38,783 nucleotides of DNA from a virus (taxonomy: Duplodnaviria; Caudoviricetes). The position numbers were made by a program, and so were the translations under genes. Shown piece after piece: positions 14,190 through 23,747 of the stretch. Location: IMG/VR virus record IMGVR_UViG_3300017903_002400, positions 1 through 38,783 of that record. One strand, given 5' to 3'. The stretch's first letter is position 1. Each line of letters begins with the position of its first letter. The notes beneath the pieces were generated by a model. That model saw only the letters and a program-made list of their open reading frames with translations. It searched no databases and was not told where the DNA came from.

Positions 14190-14542
14190 TTTTTCGCCCT
14201 CCCGTGAGCGCGGGACCCGCAACTTTGAAGCCGAACACCTTTCGGGCTGGTGGCCTACAGGTACACCGGCTGATTTCACGCGAAGGTCCATCACCGACCT
14301 TCGTCCTGTACTACCGCAACACCGCCAGGTTCTTTCATGACCCGGCAGACATTCGTCGCCATTTGCGTCTCACGAAAGGATCTGCGACACGCGATCAACT
14401 GATCGCCTGGTTTGATTCCTTCGATACAGACGAAAAACCGCAGGCAGACTTTCCTAGTCAACGGATCGCTGCTGAAGGTTTCGGCCCCGAAGCACACTTA
14501 GACAGCACCGACCCGAATCACGCCACCAAAACGGTGATCTGA
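14186..14542 (+). CDS. Hypothetical protein
   Basis: TTGA overlap with the rep stop; fills the gap. Confidence 0.65.
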   Translation: MIFRPPVSAGPATLKPNTFRAGGLQVHRLISREGPSPTFVLYYRNTARFFHDPADIRRHLRLTKGSATRDQLIAWFDSFDTDEKPQADFPSQRIAAEGFGPEAHLDSTDPNHATKTVI

Positions 14543-14549
14543 TCGCGTC

Positions 14550-15065
14550 ATGACTGCACATCACAAACGGCTTGCGCAGAGCCGTGATACTTCGTGGCGG
14601 CCGCCTGCACACGATTGCTTCGCCTGCAACGATTCAGGAATCATCAGTAATTCAGACGGTCTCGTTAATGAGTACTTGCCGGATTACGACGCCGAAATCA
14701 TCGACGGTGAACTTCACCGCCAAAGCGGTGCAGACCTTGCGTTGATTTGTCATTGCAAATCCGCCTACACCATCTACGCACCAGACGGCAGCACCGTTCG
14801 CGGTGGTCTGCGTGATTCCGGTACGTCAGAACCCATCACGGTGCAAACCGAAGCTGGGCCGCGTTCTGTAGGCATTTCAATCGACAAAGACACCGCACGC
14901 AAACTGCACCAGCGCCGTAAACAACAATGGCTTGAAACCGCTGCATTCATGAATCGGCAGCAGCTCCAACCCAAACCCACAAACGCCACTGCGACCAATG
15001 TCAAACGACAACTGTCAGCTTCCTCAGGAATCCTCAAAGACTTGCGGATGTCCCATGCCGCTTAA
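14550..15065 (+). CDS. Hypothetical Zn-binding protein
   Basis: CFACNDSG...ICHC. Confidence 0.75.
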   Translation: MTAHHKRLAQSRDTSWRPPAHDCFACNDSGIISNSDGLVNEYLPDYDAEIIDGELHRQSGADLALICHCKSAYTIYAPDGSTVRGGLRDSGTSEPITVQTEAGPRSVGISIDKDTARKLHQRRKQQWLETAAFMNRQQLQPKPTNATATNVKRQLSASSGILKDLRMSHAA

Positions 15066-15285
15066 CGACTTGATCGACGTCTCCAAGCGTCAAGAACCAG
15101 TGATCGCAAAACTAGAAACGATCATGGAAGATGCGCTTGCAACCGCTGCTGCAATTTCTGACAACGCCTTCGATGAACAGCGGCAAATACCAATGGCTCT
15201 GGTATCATCTTTCGCTAAAGACCTTGAGATGATCAAGGAATATCTGTTCACCGCTGCATCGGTTTATGAGAGACGTAAAAGTTAG
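15055..15285 (+). CDS. Hypothetical protein (76 aa)
   Basis: Start re-called at MPLNDL; overlaps both neighbours. Confidence 0.7.
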   Translation: MPLNDLIDVSKRQEPVIAKLETIMEDALATAAAISDNAFDEQRQIPMALVSSFAKDLEMIKEYLFTAASVYERRKS

Positions 15286-15541
15286 TTTGTCGCCGGAAGA
15301 CATCGAAACTTACGACCGTATGGCGCGGCAAGAAGGTGTGTCCCGTTCAGAGATCATCCGTCAACTGCTGCGTTCATCCGGTTTCGGTAGCGGCGCACTA
15401 CATCGCGTCACAGGCGCAATTCGTAAACGGTTCCATGGTGTATTCACCGCACAGCAAGCCGAGCAAGCCGCAGCAATCGCAATCGTTGAAATCGCACATC
15501 AGATGCGACAAGAAACTGGGCGAACTGCTGGAACTACTTGA
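15266..15541 (+). CDS. Ribbon-helix-helix (CopG-like) DNA-binding protein
   Basis: VKVSLSPEDIE.YD.MA.QEGVSRSEIIR. Confidence 0.8.
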   Translation: MRDVKVSLSPEDIETYDRMARQEGVSRSEIIRQLLRSSGFGSGALHRVTGAIRKRFHGVFTAQQAEQAAAIAIVEIAHQMRQETGRTAGTT

Positions 15542-15639
15542 TTGCTATCACCTTGCGCTCTACGAAGATCGCAACAACCCCAATCGTCCACGATTTATTG
15601 ATCAGCCCTAGTTATCATTAGGGCGAAAGCCTGTTACTA

Positions 15640-15963
15640 ATGGGTGCAAAAAATACCACCAAAGCAGAAACTGAATTGCGCGTTGCTGAATTCGTTCGCA
15701 TCGTCGCAAGCGGTGGTCGTCGGTCTGACTGCATTCGATATGCATCAGATCACTGGGGGGTAACTGATCGGACGGTTGACAAGTATTTGGCCCTCGCACG
15801 CGATCAGATTCGCGCTGACTGGGACTTAGAACGACCGCAGATGGTGGCAGACCTCCTGTCGCAATGCGCCACCCTGCAGCAGGAAGCACGCGCTAAGGGG
15901 CAGTATCACATCGCCTTGGGCGCCATCAACACCGCCGCAAAACTTGCACAGCTTTGTTCATGA
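15640..15963 (+). CDS. Probable terminase small subunit
   Basis: HTH-like WGV..RTVDKY; lies just upstream of terL. Confidence 0.65.
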   Translation: MGAKNTTKAETELRVAEFVRIVASGGRRSDCIRYASDHWGVTDRTVDKYLALARDQIRADWDLERPQMVADLLSQCATLQQEARAKGQYHIALGAINTAAKLAQLCS

Positions 15964-16121
15964 CCGAAGAATTTTGGTACGAGCCAACTGAAGACGACAT
16001 GTATCGCGTCTTCATGAAGATCGACGATGTGACCATGAGCTGCACTGTTTCGTCGATGCACCTGATTGAAGAGAAGCGTGCCCAGCTGCGTGGGGCGTGT
16101 TTGCGCAATGTCAATTCTTGA
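15960..16121 (+). CDS. Small hypothetical protein (53 aa), absent from the ORF track
   Basis: MTEEFWYEP...SSMHLIEEK; ATGA-coupled; overlaps the terL start. Confidence 0.7.
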   Translation: MTEEFWYEPTEDDMYRVFMKIDDVTMSCTVSSMHLIEEKRAQLRGACLRNVNS

Positions 16122-17445
16122 CGCTGCACCGCTAGGTCATGTGCTCGGTGATTCATCGGGCCTTGACACTGACATGCTGCTTAAACGCATGAAGGCCGAC
16201 CTACACCCAGGTCAGCTTGCGTTTGTCGAAGACCAAGAATCAGAAATCCTCGCGATCAGCGCCGGCTATGGCGCAGGCAAAACCAGATCGCTGCTTTGCA
16301 AGGCAGTGTCCCTTGCGATTGCAAATCAAGGGTTCACTGGGTGCGTCATGGAGCCAACTGGGCCGATGATCCGCGATATCTGGATCAGTGAATTCGATTC
16401 CTACCTTGAGCAGTACGAAATCCCGTACAGCTTCCGCGCCAGTCCGCTTCCAAACTACACCTTGCACTTGCCTGGGGGTGACACGCACATCTTGTGCCGC
16501 AGTTATGAGAACGTCGGACGGATCGTGGGTGTCAACCTGTCGCACGTCATTGTTGACGAAGTTGATACTGTTCAGTACTCAATCGCCGCAAAAGCATTCC
16601 CAAAAATCCTTGGTCGTTTGCGGGCTGGCAATGTTAGACAATTTGCAGTAGCAAGCACGCCAGAAGGCTTCAGGTGGCTCTACAACGAATTTGGCAGCCC
16701 TGAAGCACAACAGCGCACGGATCGCAAACTGATTCGTATGCGCACGCAAGACAACCCACATCTACCGCCTGACTTTATTGAACGCCTGAAGGCAAATTAT
16801 GATCCTACGATGCTGCAGGCATATCTGAATGGAGAATTTGTTAATTTAAATACGGGGCAGGTTTACGACAGGTTTGATAGAGAAAAGCACCTTTGTACGC
16901 CTGCAAAATATGAAGACGAGCCATGGCATGTTGGCCTAGATTTCAACGTCGGCAACATGTCGGCGGTGATAGGTGTACGCGACGGGGATAAGATTTTCAT
17001 TGTCGATGAGATCAGTGGTAGTCATGACACCGATTCGCTGGCCCAAGAAATTAAACGACGAGCTGGGCAAAGATCCAAGATATACATCTACCCTGATGCA
17101 TCAGGCGGAAATCGAAGCACGAACGCCACACGAACCGACATTGAGATCTTGCAATCGTATGGGTTCATTAACCAGTCGGGTCGGTCAAATCCTCCCGTCC
17201 GCGATCGGGTTTCTACTGTTCAAGCTGCTTTGGAAAACGGGAAAGGGGAAGTCAGATTGCAAGTAGCGAAGCACTGCACCAAGCTGATCGAATGCCTTGA
17301 GCTGCAGTCTTATACGGAAGCAGGCGACCCAGATAAAGACGCAGGGTATGACCATATGGTGGACGCTTTGGGATACCTTTGTTGGAAGCAATTCAGCCTG
17401 TTGGAAATGCGGGCGGGTCGCAGCACTGGTTTCCGTATTTACTAG
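16108..17445 (+). CDS. terL: Terminase large subunit
   Basis: LHPGQ, Walker A AGYGAGKT, Walker B VIVDE, STPEG, nuclease motifs GLDFN, YPDASG and DHMVDALGY. Confidence 0.95.
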   Translation: MSILDAAPLGHVLGDSSGLDTDMLLKRMKADLHPGQLAFVEDQESEILAISAGYGAGKTRSLLCKAVSLAIANQGFTGCVMEPTGPMIRDIWISEFDSYLEQYEIPYSFRASPLPNYTLHLPGGDTHILCRSYENVGRIVGVNLSHVIVDEVDTVQYSIAAKAFPKILGRLRAGNVRQFAVASTPEGFRWLYNEFGSPEAQQRTDRKLIRMRTQDNPHLPPDFIERLKANYDPTMLQAYLNGEFVNLNTGQVYDRFDREKHLCTPAKYEDEPWHVGLDFNVGNMSAVIGVRDGDKIFIVDEISGSHDTDSLAQEIKRRAGQRSKIYIYPDASGGNRSTNATRTDIEILQSYGFINQSGRSNPPVRDRVSTVQAALENGKGEVRLQVAKHCTKLIECLELQSYTEAGDPDKDAGYDHMVDALGYLCWKQFSLLEMRAGRSTGFRIY

Positions 17446-17494
17446 ACAACAGTTATTGTTAGGTGTAATTTAGTCTCGTCCTGTTTATTGAATC

Positions 17495-17839
17495 ATGCTC
17501 GAAGGCGCTGATTTGCTCGCAAAATGTCGCGAGGGTTCGCATCTGTCTAAGTCTGACTTGGTGCGTGCTTGTGGTTATGTTGCCGAGCGTCCTGATGGAG
17601 AAGGTGAGCGCATCAAGTTCACCGAGTTTTATGAAGCCTTGCTCGCTGCAAAAGGTCTTGTCCTGAAGACTGAAAAGCGGATGGGTCGCAAGCTGACGCA
17701 TCAGACCAAGATCCAAAAAGATGGCAAGCTGCTAATTGGCAGCGCATATGTCAACGAACTGGGTCTGGAACCTGGCGCGAAGTTTGACATTAAGGTGGGT
17801 CGCAACAGCGTCGTTCTGACTGCTGCAAACGCTGAGTAA
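17495..17839 (+). CDS. abrB: Cyanobacterial AbrB-like (cyAbrB) transcription regulator
   Basis: L.G.DLL.K..E...SKSDLVRACGY...FT.FYEALL.AKG...GRKL...G.LLIGSAY...LGLEPG..F.IK.GR. Confidence 0.85.
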   Translation: MLEGADLLAKCREGSHLSKSDLVRACGYVAERPDGEGERIKFTEFYEALLAAKGLVLKTEKRMGRKLTHQTKIQKDGKLLIGSAYVNELGLEPGAKFDIKVGRNSVVLTAANAE

Positions 17840-17868
17840 ACTATCAGTATTGACCTGCGAGATTAGCT

Positions 17869-19257
17869 GTGTATTCTGGTTTTTCTCATTACGATCGCCA
17901 GCGATTCAGCAAAGTTTCGCAGGTCTCAGACCCTAATGCCGCTTGGCACAACCAAGAACCGCATTGGGGTCTAATTGAAGATTTGATCGGTGGCACTTAC
18001 GAAGTGCGGCGTCGTCATCGCCGTTACTTGCCACAGGAAGAACGCGAGCAAGATATCAGCTATGACCATCGCTTGAGCAGATCGGTTGTTGCCCCTTACC
18101 TGCAGCGCCTCGAAAAAATGCTGGCGGGCATGTTGACCCGCAAGCCGGTGCGGCTTAACGACACGTCTGATCAGATTCGCGAACAGCTGTTCAACGTTGA
18201 CCTGCAAGATGATCTCAACGTTTGGACTTACGAAACAGCCAGGCAGCTAATTAGGTACGGCCACGTTGGTGTTCTTGTTGATGCACCAACTGACGGCAAC
18301 GGACGACCTTACTGGGTCCGATATTCTCCGAGACAGATACTAGGGTTCAGACACGAAATTATTGACGGCCAGCAGAAGCTAACTCAACTGCGGTTGTCTG
18401 AAACAGTAACGCTCCCAGATGGTGAGTACGGCGAAACGCAGGTTCAGCAGGTGAGGGTTCTAACTCCAGGCGAATTCAAAGTCTTTCAGAGAAACGAGAA
18501 GAAAGGCAAGATGGAAATCGTCGATGAAGGCACGACAAGCCTGCAAGACATCCCGTTCAGCGTTGCATACGCCAACCGCGTAAATTACTTGGAATCGCGG
18601 CCGCCGCTGGAAGACATCGCGATGCTGAACCTGAAGGCATATCAGGTGCAAAGTGATCTTGACAACCAGCTGCACATCAGTGCGGTGCCTTTCTTAATTT
18701 TTAAGGGCTTCCCATCCAGCGCAGAGGAGGTTAGTGCTGGTCCTGGTGAAGCAATTAGCTTCCCTGCTGATGGTGACGCGCAATATATTGCCCCGCCGTC
18801 AGATGCATTCGCATCGCAGTTCCAGCGACTGGATCAAATCGAGAAGCAGATCAACGAACTGGGTCTGTCTGCTGTGCTTGGTCAAAAGCTGAGTGCCGAG
18901 ACCGCAGAAGCTAAGCGTCTTGATCGCAGTCAAGGTGACAGCACCATGATGGTCATCGCGCAAAACATGCAGGACATGATCGACAACTGCCTGCAGTTCC
19001 ATGCGCAGTACCTGAACGATCGTCAGCCCGGCAGCTGCTACGTCAACCGCGATTTTCTTGGCACACGCCTTGAACCGCAAGAGATTCAAGCACTGCTGCA
19101 GCTTTACACTGCTGGCACGATCACGCAAGAAACTTTGCTGTCACAACTCAGCGACAACGAAGTTCTGGGCGATGACTTCGACATCGAGGGCGAACTCGAA
19201 GCCACTCAAGCTGGCGGCTTGCTTGATGCTGCGCCAGAAGACACGATCATTGAATGA
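17869..19257 (+). CDS. Portal protein (DUF4055-like)
   Basis: 462 aa after terL; YLP...E...Y..RL, G.L.RKP, PPL.DIA.LN..YQ..SD. Confidence 0.9.
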   Translation: MYSGFSHYDRQRFSKVSQVSDPNAAWHNQEPHWGLIEDLIGGTYEVRRRHRRYLPQEEREQDISYDHRLSRSVVAPYLQRLEKMLAGMLTRKPVRLNDTSDQIREQLFNVDLQDDLNVWTYETARQLIRYGHVGVLVDAPTDGNGRPYWVRYSPRQILGFRHEIIDGQQKLTQLRLSETVTLPDGEYGETQVQQVRVLTPGEFKVFQRNEKKGKMEIVDEGTTSLQDIPFSVAYANRVNYLESRPPLEDIAMLNLKAYQVQSDLDNQLHISAVPFLIFKGFPSSAEEVSAGPGEAISFPADGDAQYIAPPSDAFASQFQRLDQIEKQINELGLSAVLGQKLSAETAEAKRLDRSQGDSTMMVIAQNMQDMIDNCLQFHAQYLNDRQPGSCYVNRDFLGTRLEPQEIQALLQLYTAGTITQETLLSQLSDNEVLGDDFDIEGELEATQAGGLLDAAPEDTIIE

Positions 19258-19282
19258 TCGGGCATGATGGATTAGTGGCGGA

Positions 19283-19552
19283 TTGATCATGGAATCGGAC
19301 ACGCCAAACAAATCCGAGAGATATCAGATCCACTACGTCCAGCGCGAATTGCCGCATCCATTGTTTGCGATCGTGCGGATGACTTGGTTTTCAGAGCATG
19401 GGGCAGAACAAGTGGACGAAGTGCGAATTATTGACGAAGGCGAAGAGACTATCCTTGGCTTTGCTGATGTTATGAAAACTGCGATTGAAGGTGGCGCAGA
19501 AGTTTGCCTGCAATGTCCCTATGACCCTGAAGAAGTGGGGATGCATGAGTAA
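19283..19552 (+). CDS. Hypothetical acidic protein
   Basis: Fills the portal-to-minor-head gap; TAATG-coupled downstream. Confidence 0.7.
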   Translation: MIMESDTPNKSERYQIHYVQRELPHPLFAIVRMTWFSEHGAEQVDEVRIIDEGEETILGFADVMKTAIEGGAEVCLQCPYDPEEVGMHE

Positions 19553-20793
19553 TGAGCACACCTTCAGTATTGTTCAGGAATGCGATTGATCTGAATCGTT
19601 ACAGCAACAGTGTTGCACGGCAGATCATCGAAAATTACAACGATATTATTTTGGACTCTGTGGATCAACTGCAGAGGTTGATTCCTAACGTCAGCGATGA
19701 TAACTTACAGCCGATCACTGCGCCAGCAAAGGCCGCACGGTTGCGGTCGATATTGGCACAACTTAAAGAATCACTTGCAACCTGGGCGAATGAAAGCACG
19801 CAACTTGCAGCGACAGAGTTTCAAGGCTTGGCTGAATTGCAATCTGAATTTGTTGAAGGACAACTACGCCAAGCTTTACCGGCGGGTGCTCGTAGTGCTG
19901 TTAATACGGTTGAAATATCGCCTCAGTTTGCGCAAGCCGTCGTAACGACAGATCCGACAGAGATCGGGGTTGTCTCGCTGTCTGATGATTTAGTTGCTGC
20001 TGTGCAGGGATCACCGCAGCGATTTAGCTTGACAGCTGCGCAAGGTACAGCAATCACATTGCCAAATGGTCGTGTAGTTGAAAAAACGTTTCGCGGGATT
20101 GCTGAACAGCAAGCGGAACGATTTGCCCAGGTTGTGCGGCAAGGATTGCTAACGGGCGAACCGACGCAAGAAATCGCTAGCAGACTCGTTGGGCGACTTG
20201 ACCGTACTACTGACATTGGATTGGAGTTTGGGCAACGCGCAAGGTCTGTAAAACAGTTGCAGCTTGCAGGCGGTGAGCTGACAAAAGCGGCAGGCCATCA
20301 AGTCTTGACTCTTGTTCGCACCAGCGTGAATCAAGTGGCAAACGCTGCATCACAACAGGTCTACGAGGCAAACCAAGACATCACCAAGCGATATCGCTAC
20401 GTCGCAACGCTGGATACGCGCACGTCTGCAATTTGTCGTGCATTAGATGGCCGCGAGTTTGAATACGGCAAGGGACCAGAACCGCCGCAGCATTTCAACT
20501 GCAGATCAACGACTGTTCCGGTGATTGAACAAGAGGAAGGCGAAACACCACTACCAGTTGGCCGCCGTGCTGCGCAGGGTGGCATGGTGCCTGCAAATCA
20601 GAGTTACGGCGAATGGCTGTCTAAGCAAAGCAAATCACAACAAATAGAAGCAATAGGAGAATCACGAGTTCCATACTTCAAGAGCCTTTCCCGTAAGTAT
20701 GGCCCGCGTGATGCAATCGCAAAGCTTGTACGCGATGACGGTAGTGAACTAACACTGGCCGACCTGCGAAAACGTTACGGCCGGATAAATTGA
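19552..20793 (+). CDS. Minor head morphogenesis protein (SPP1 gp7/Mu gpF family)
   Basis: RT..N...N, YVATLD.RTS.ICR.LDG, PPQHFNCRST. Confidence 0.92.
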   Translation: MSTPSVLFRNAIDLNRYSNSVARQIIENYNDIILDSVDQLQRLIPNVSDDNLQPITAPAKAARLRSILAQLKESLATWANESTQLAATEFQGLAELQSEFVEGQLRQALPAGARSAVNTVEISPQFAQAVVTTDPTEIGVVSLSDDLVAAVQGSPQRFSLTAAQGTAITLPNGRVVEKTFRGIAEQQAERFAQVVRQGLLTGEPTQEIASRLVGRLDRTTDIGLEFGQRARSVKQLQLAGGELTKAAGHQVLTLVRTSVNQVANAASQQVYEANQDITKRYRYVATLDTRTSAICRALDGREFEYGKGPEPPQHFNCRSTTVPVIEQEEGETPLPVGRRAAQGGMVPANQSYGEWLSKQSKSQQIEAIGESRVPYFKSLSRKYGPRDAIAKLVRDDGSELTLADLRKRYGRIN

Positions 20794-20811
20794 AGCAGCG
20801 TCTTCATTGCC

Positions 20812-20883
20812 ATGCCTGGTTACATGAAAGGCCCTAAAAAGCCTGCCAAACCAACCAAGAAAAAAAGGGGCAAGAAAAAATGA
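20812..20883 (+). CDS. Tiny Lys-rich peptide (23 aa), absent from the ORF track
   Basis: MPGYMKGPKKPAKPTKKKRGKKK; ATGA-coupled to the next gene. Confidence 0.6.
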   Translation: MPGYMKGPKKPAKPTKKKRGKKK

Positions 20884-21104
20884 AACGGGGACAGCGAGTT
20901 AGTTGGACGTATCAAGGCAAGCGCACCTTCGGTGTCGTCACTGGTACTGCAGGCACACGGGCATCTGTCAAAGGCCCGACTGGTGGCACTGTCACCCGAG
21001 TCGGAACCAAGGAAGACCCAGTGATCCGCATCAAGTCGGAAAGCACGGGCAACCCTGTGCTGAAACGTCGTTCACAGTTGCGTTCCGCACCGAAGCGTAA
21101 ATGA
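20880..21104 (+). CDS. Small basic Tudor/SH3-like protein (DUF2945-like)
   Basis: G.RVSW......G.V...R.GT.EDP...IKS..TG....K. Confidence 0.75.
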   Translation: MKRGQRVSWTYQGKRTFGVVTGTAGTRASVKGPTGGTVTRVGTKEDPVIRIKSESTGNPVLKRRSQLRSAPKRK

Positions 21105-21376
21105 GCATCAAGTATCGCGGCGAAGAATTTAGCGGTTATAACAAACCGAAGCGGACGCCAGGTCATCCGAAGAAATCGCACGCGGTACTTGCGAAAGAAG
21201 GTGACAAGGTGAAACTGATTCGCTTTGGTCAACAAGGCGTTTCAGGTTCACCACGTCGTAGCGGCGAAAGTAAAGCGGCCAAAGAACGCCGCGCATCATT
21301 TAAGGCGCGACATGCGCAAAACATTGCCAAGGGCAAAATGTCTGCGGCATATTGGTCTAATAGGACGAAATGGTAG
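21101..21376 (+). CDS. Basic hypothetical protein
   Basis: GYNKPKRTP.HPKKSH.V...K.IRFGQQG...RR.SFKARH...SAAYW; overlaps the upstream stop. Confidence 0.8.
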   Translation: MSIKYRGEEFSGYNKPKRTPGHPKKSHAVLAKEGDKVKLIRFGQQGVSGSPRRSGESKAAKERRASFKARHAQNIAKGKMSAAYWSNRTKW

Positions 21377-21418
21377 AAAAGGTGTAAACTAAGCCTGCAA
21401 ATTAGCCCTGTGGGTTAA

Positions 21419-22093
21419 ATGTCTGAAGAGCAAACTGCTCCTGTGGAGCAAAATGCAGAACTGTCTAATCTGCAAGACGAACTAGAAGCAATGCGGCGCA
21501 AAAATGCCGAGCTTTTAGATGAGTACAAGAAAGCCAAGCAACAGGCGAAAGCTGTTCCTGATGGCGTCGACGTCAACGAACTGATCGAGTTTAAGCGCAG
21601 CGTCGAACAATCAAAGCTTGAGTCGAAGGGCAAGTACGACGAAGCCCGTCAAGCACTTGAACAACAGTTCCGCGAAGCAACGTCTGAAAAAGACAAGCGG
21701 ATCGCAGAACTTGAGGCCCGCATTCGTGAGCTTGAGTTAATCAGCCCTGCCGTTAGTGCATTGGCTGATGTTGTGCATGATCCGGAGCTAGTGCTGAACA
21801 CGAAGCTAGATCGCAATCAGATCGAGCGCGAATCTGATGGCACTGTTGTTGTGGTTGACGGTTATCAGCGCACACCTGTATCTGACTGGGCAAAACAAAA
21901 TGTGCCTGACTGGATGCAGAAAGCACCTAAGCCACAGGGTTCTGGCGCACCAACAAGTCGCGGCGGTGGTGACATTCCTGCAGGAACAAAGAATCCGTTC
22001 AGCCCTGAACATTACAACATCACTGAACAGATGCGTTTAGCGCGTACTGATCGTGATTTGTACGAAAGGCTCAAAGTTGCAGCTGGTCGTTAG
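21419..22093 (+). CDS. Capsid scaffolding protein
   Basis: Long charged coiled coil, P.GSGA linker, KNPF...N.TEQ C-terminus; precedes the capsid gene. Confidence 0.85.
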   Translation: MSEEQTAPVEQNAELSNLQDELEAMRRKNAELLDEYKKAKQQAKAVPDGVDVNELIEFKRSVEQSKLESKGKYDEARQALEQQFREATSEKDKRIAELEARIRELELISPAVSALADVVHDPELVLNTKLDRNQIERESDGTVVVVDGYQRTPVSDWAKQNVPDWMQKAPKPQGSGAPTSRGGGDIPAGTKNPFSPEHYNITEQMRLARTDRDLYERLKVAAGR

Positions 22094-22104
22094 TATCTAA
22101 TCAC

Positions 22105-22139
22105 GGCGAGGCTGTGCTGAGCCAACAAGGGCTGTGCCC
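22105..22139 (+). promoter_or_regulatory. Twin CUGUG-capped hairpins in the capsid gene leader
   Basis: ggc-ga-ggc(tgt)gct-ga-gcc and gggc(tgt)gccc. Confidence 0.5.
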
Positions 22140-22170
22140 GACTCAGTAAACCTTTTTTTGGTAATTTGTT

Positions 22171-23196
22171 ATGGCTACCCTGCGTAGCGATATCATCGTA
22201 CCCGAGGTATTTACCCCGTACATCATTGAAGAGACCACCCGTCGGGATGCATTCCTGCAGTCCGGTGTTGTGTCTCCGATGGCGGAACTGAATGCCACCG
22301 AGGGCGGTGATTTCGTCAAGGTTCCTGCTTTCGCAGCAAACCTGGCTGGTGACTTTGAAGTGCTGACCGATAGCTCTTCACTGACTCCCGGCAAGATCAC
22401 AACCAACCAGCAAACTGCCGTCATCCTTCACAGGGGACGTGCATTCGAGTCACGCGACCTCGCCGCACTGGCTGCAGGTTCTGACCCGATGGCTGCCATT
22501 GGTCAGAAGCTTGCTTCTTACATTGCGCACCAGCGTCAAAAGGATCTGATCTCCACCCTTAGCGGTGTGTTCGGTTCCCTGAACGCCAACACCAGCAGCA
22601 GCGCATTCTTTGAGCTGTGCATTGACTCTGAGTCTGGTGACACTCCGACCGCACTTTCTGCGCGTCAGATTGCAAAAGCTCGGTCAATTCTTGGCGACCA
22701 AGGCGAAAAGCTTTCTGTGCTTTGTATGCATAGCAAAGTCTATTATGACTTGGTTGAGCGCAACGCAATTCAGTACGTCAGCACTGAAGATGCACGCGGC
22801 ACTTCTACCACCCAGTCAGGTGGTGATGTGAGCGGCCAGTTTGGCAATCCTTCTGTTCCCGTGTACATGGGGATGCGAGTTATTGTCAGCGACGATGTGC
22901 AAACTGCAGGCTCTGGTTCTTCAACCGAGTATGCAACTTATGCATTCACCCCTGGCGCTGTTGCATCTGGCGAGCAGACCGGTCTCGACATCGAGCAAGA
23001 CCGGGACATCCTTGCCAAGAGCGATGCAATGAGCCTTGACGCTCACTATGTGTACCACCCCGTTGGTGCTAAGTACGGTTCTGCAACCGTGAACCCGACC
23101 CGCACTGTTCTCGAAACTGCTTCTAACTGGAGCAAAGTTTTTGAGACCAAAAATGTCGGGATCGTGCGGATTACCAACGTTTCTAACCAAGACTGA
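22171..23196 (+). CDS. Major capsid protein
   Basis: 341 aa after the scaffold; T..SD.I.PEVF.PY, AF.QSG, SDPMAAI, MHS.VY..L, YMGMRVIVSD. Confidence 0.9.
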   Translation: MATLRSDIIVPEVFTPYIIEETTRRDAFLQSGVVSPMAELNATEGGDFVKVPAFAANLAGDFEVLTDSSSLTPGKITTNQQTAVILHRGRAFESRDLAALAAGSDPMAAIGQKLASYIAHQRQKDLISTLSGVFGSLNANTSSSAFFELCIDSESGDTPTALSARQIAKARSILGDQGEKLSVLCMHSKVYYDLVERNAIQYVSTEDARGTSTTQSGGDVSGQFGNPSVPVYMGMRVIVSDDVQTAGSGSSTEYATYAFTPGAVASGEQTGLDIEQDRDILAKSDAMSLDAHYVYHPVGAKYGSATVNPTRTVLETASNWSKVFETKNVGIVRITNVSNQD

Positions 23197-23208
23197 AGGT
23201 AATTAACC

Positions 23209-23574
23209 ATGGCATCCATCTTTGAAGTTGGTGCAGGCAAGCTCGTCGGACCTACCGGCGGCGGCACTGTTACCCAGGCCACCAGCAAGGCCACTGCCGT
23301 GACTCTTAACACCGAGTCCGGTCAAATCACGATGAACAACGCAGCCCTGGCAGCAGCGGCTGAAGTTTCGTTCACCGTCAATAACGACAAGATTGCTGCC
23401 ACCGATGTGGTGGTGGTGAATCACGGTTCTGGCGGCACTGCCGGTACTTATCTTGTGCAAGCCAACAGCATCGCTGCTGGTTCGTTCAAGATCACCGTCA
23501 GCAACGTTTCAACGTCTTCTGCGTCTGAGGCGATTGTCCTGAACTTTGTCGCTCTGAAGGGATCTGATTCCTGA
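23209..23574 (+). CDS. Probable capsid decoration protein
   Basis: Ala/Thr/Gly-rich beta protein directly after the capsid gene, with a GAAGG RBS. Confidence 0.7.
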   Translation: MASIFEVGAGKLVGPTGGGTVTQATSKATAVTLNTESGQITMNNAALAAAAEVSFTVNNDKIAATDVVVVNHGSGGTAGTYLVQANSIAAGSFKITVSNVSTSSASEAIVLNFVALKGSDS

Positions 23575-23747
23575 TGGGGTTGTTCGCTTTCCGGCGAAAA
23601 CATGAGGTCGAGGCTGCCGCAAATGCGGTGGCCTCTTCTTCTGTAGACGCGCCAAAATCTAAAAAACAGATCGTGAAGCCCGATGGCAATCTCAATCGAC
23701 GCAACGGCGGGCGGCGCAAGCGCCAACAGTTACCTAACGCTGAGTGA
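23574..23747 (+). CDS. Small hypothetical protein (MGLFAFRR..., 57 aa), absent from the ORF track
   Basis: TGATG-coupled; translated by hand. Confidence 0.55.
   Translation: MGLFAFRRKHEVEAAANAVASSSVDAPKSKKQIVKPDGNLNRRNGGRRKRQQLPNAE
23610..23641 (+). terminator. Probable terminator after the capsid and decoration genes
   Basis: 11-bp stem gaggctgccgc/gcggtggcctc followed by ttcttc. Confidence 0.6.

Noticed and set aside
13783-14340. 185-aa alternative-frame ORF inside rep
   Set aside because: Low-complexity Arg/Pro/Ser shadow frame with a TTG start and no motifs
15336-15611. 91-aa ORF overlapping the RHH gene
   Set aside because: Mostly an alternative frame; the last ~35 codons could be a small gene, but I found no convincing start
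17089-17100. ACCCTGATGC match to the operator motif
   Set aside because: It encodes the conserved YPDAS motif of the terminase, so it is probably coincidental
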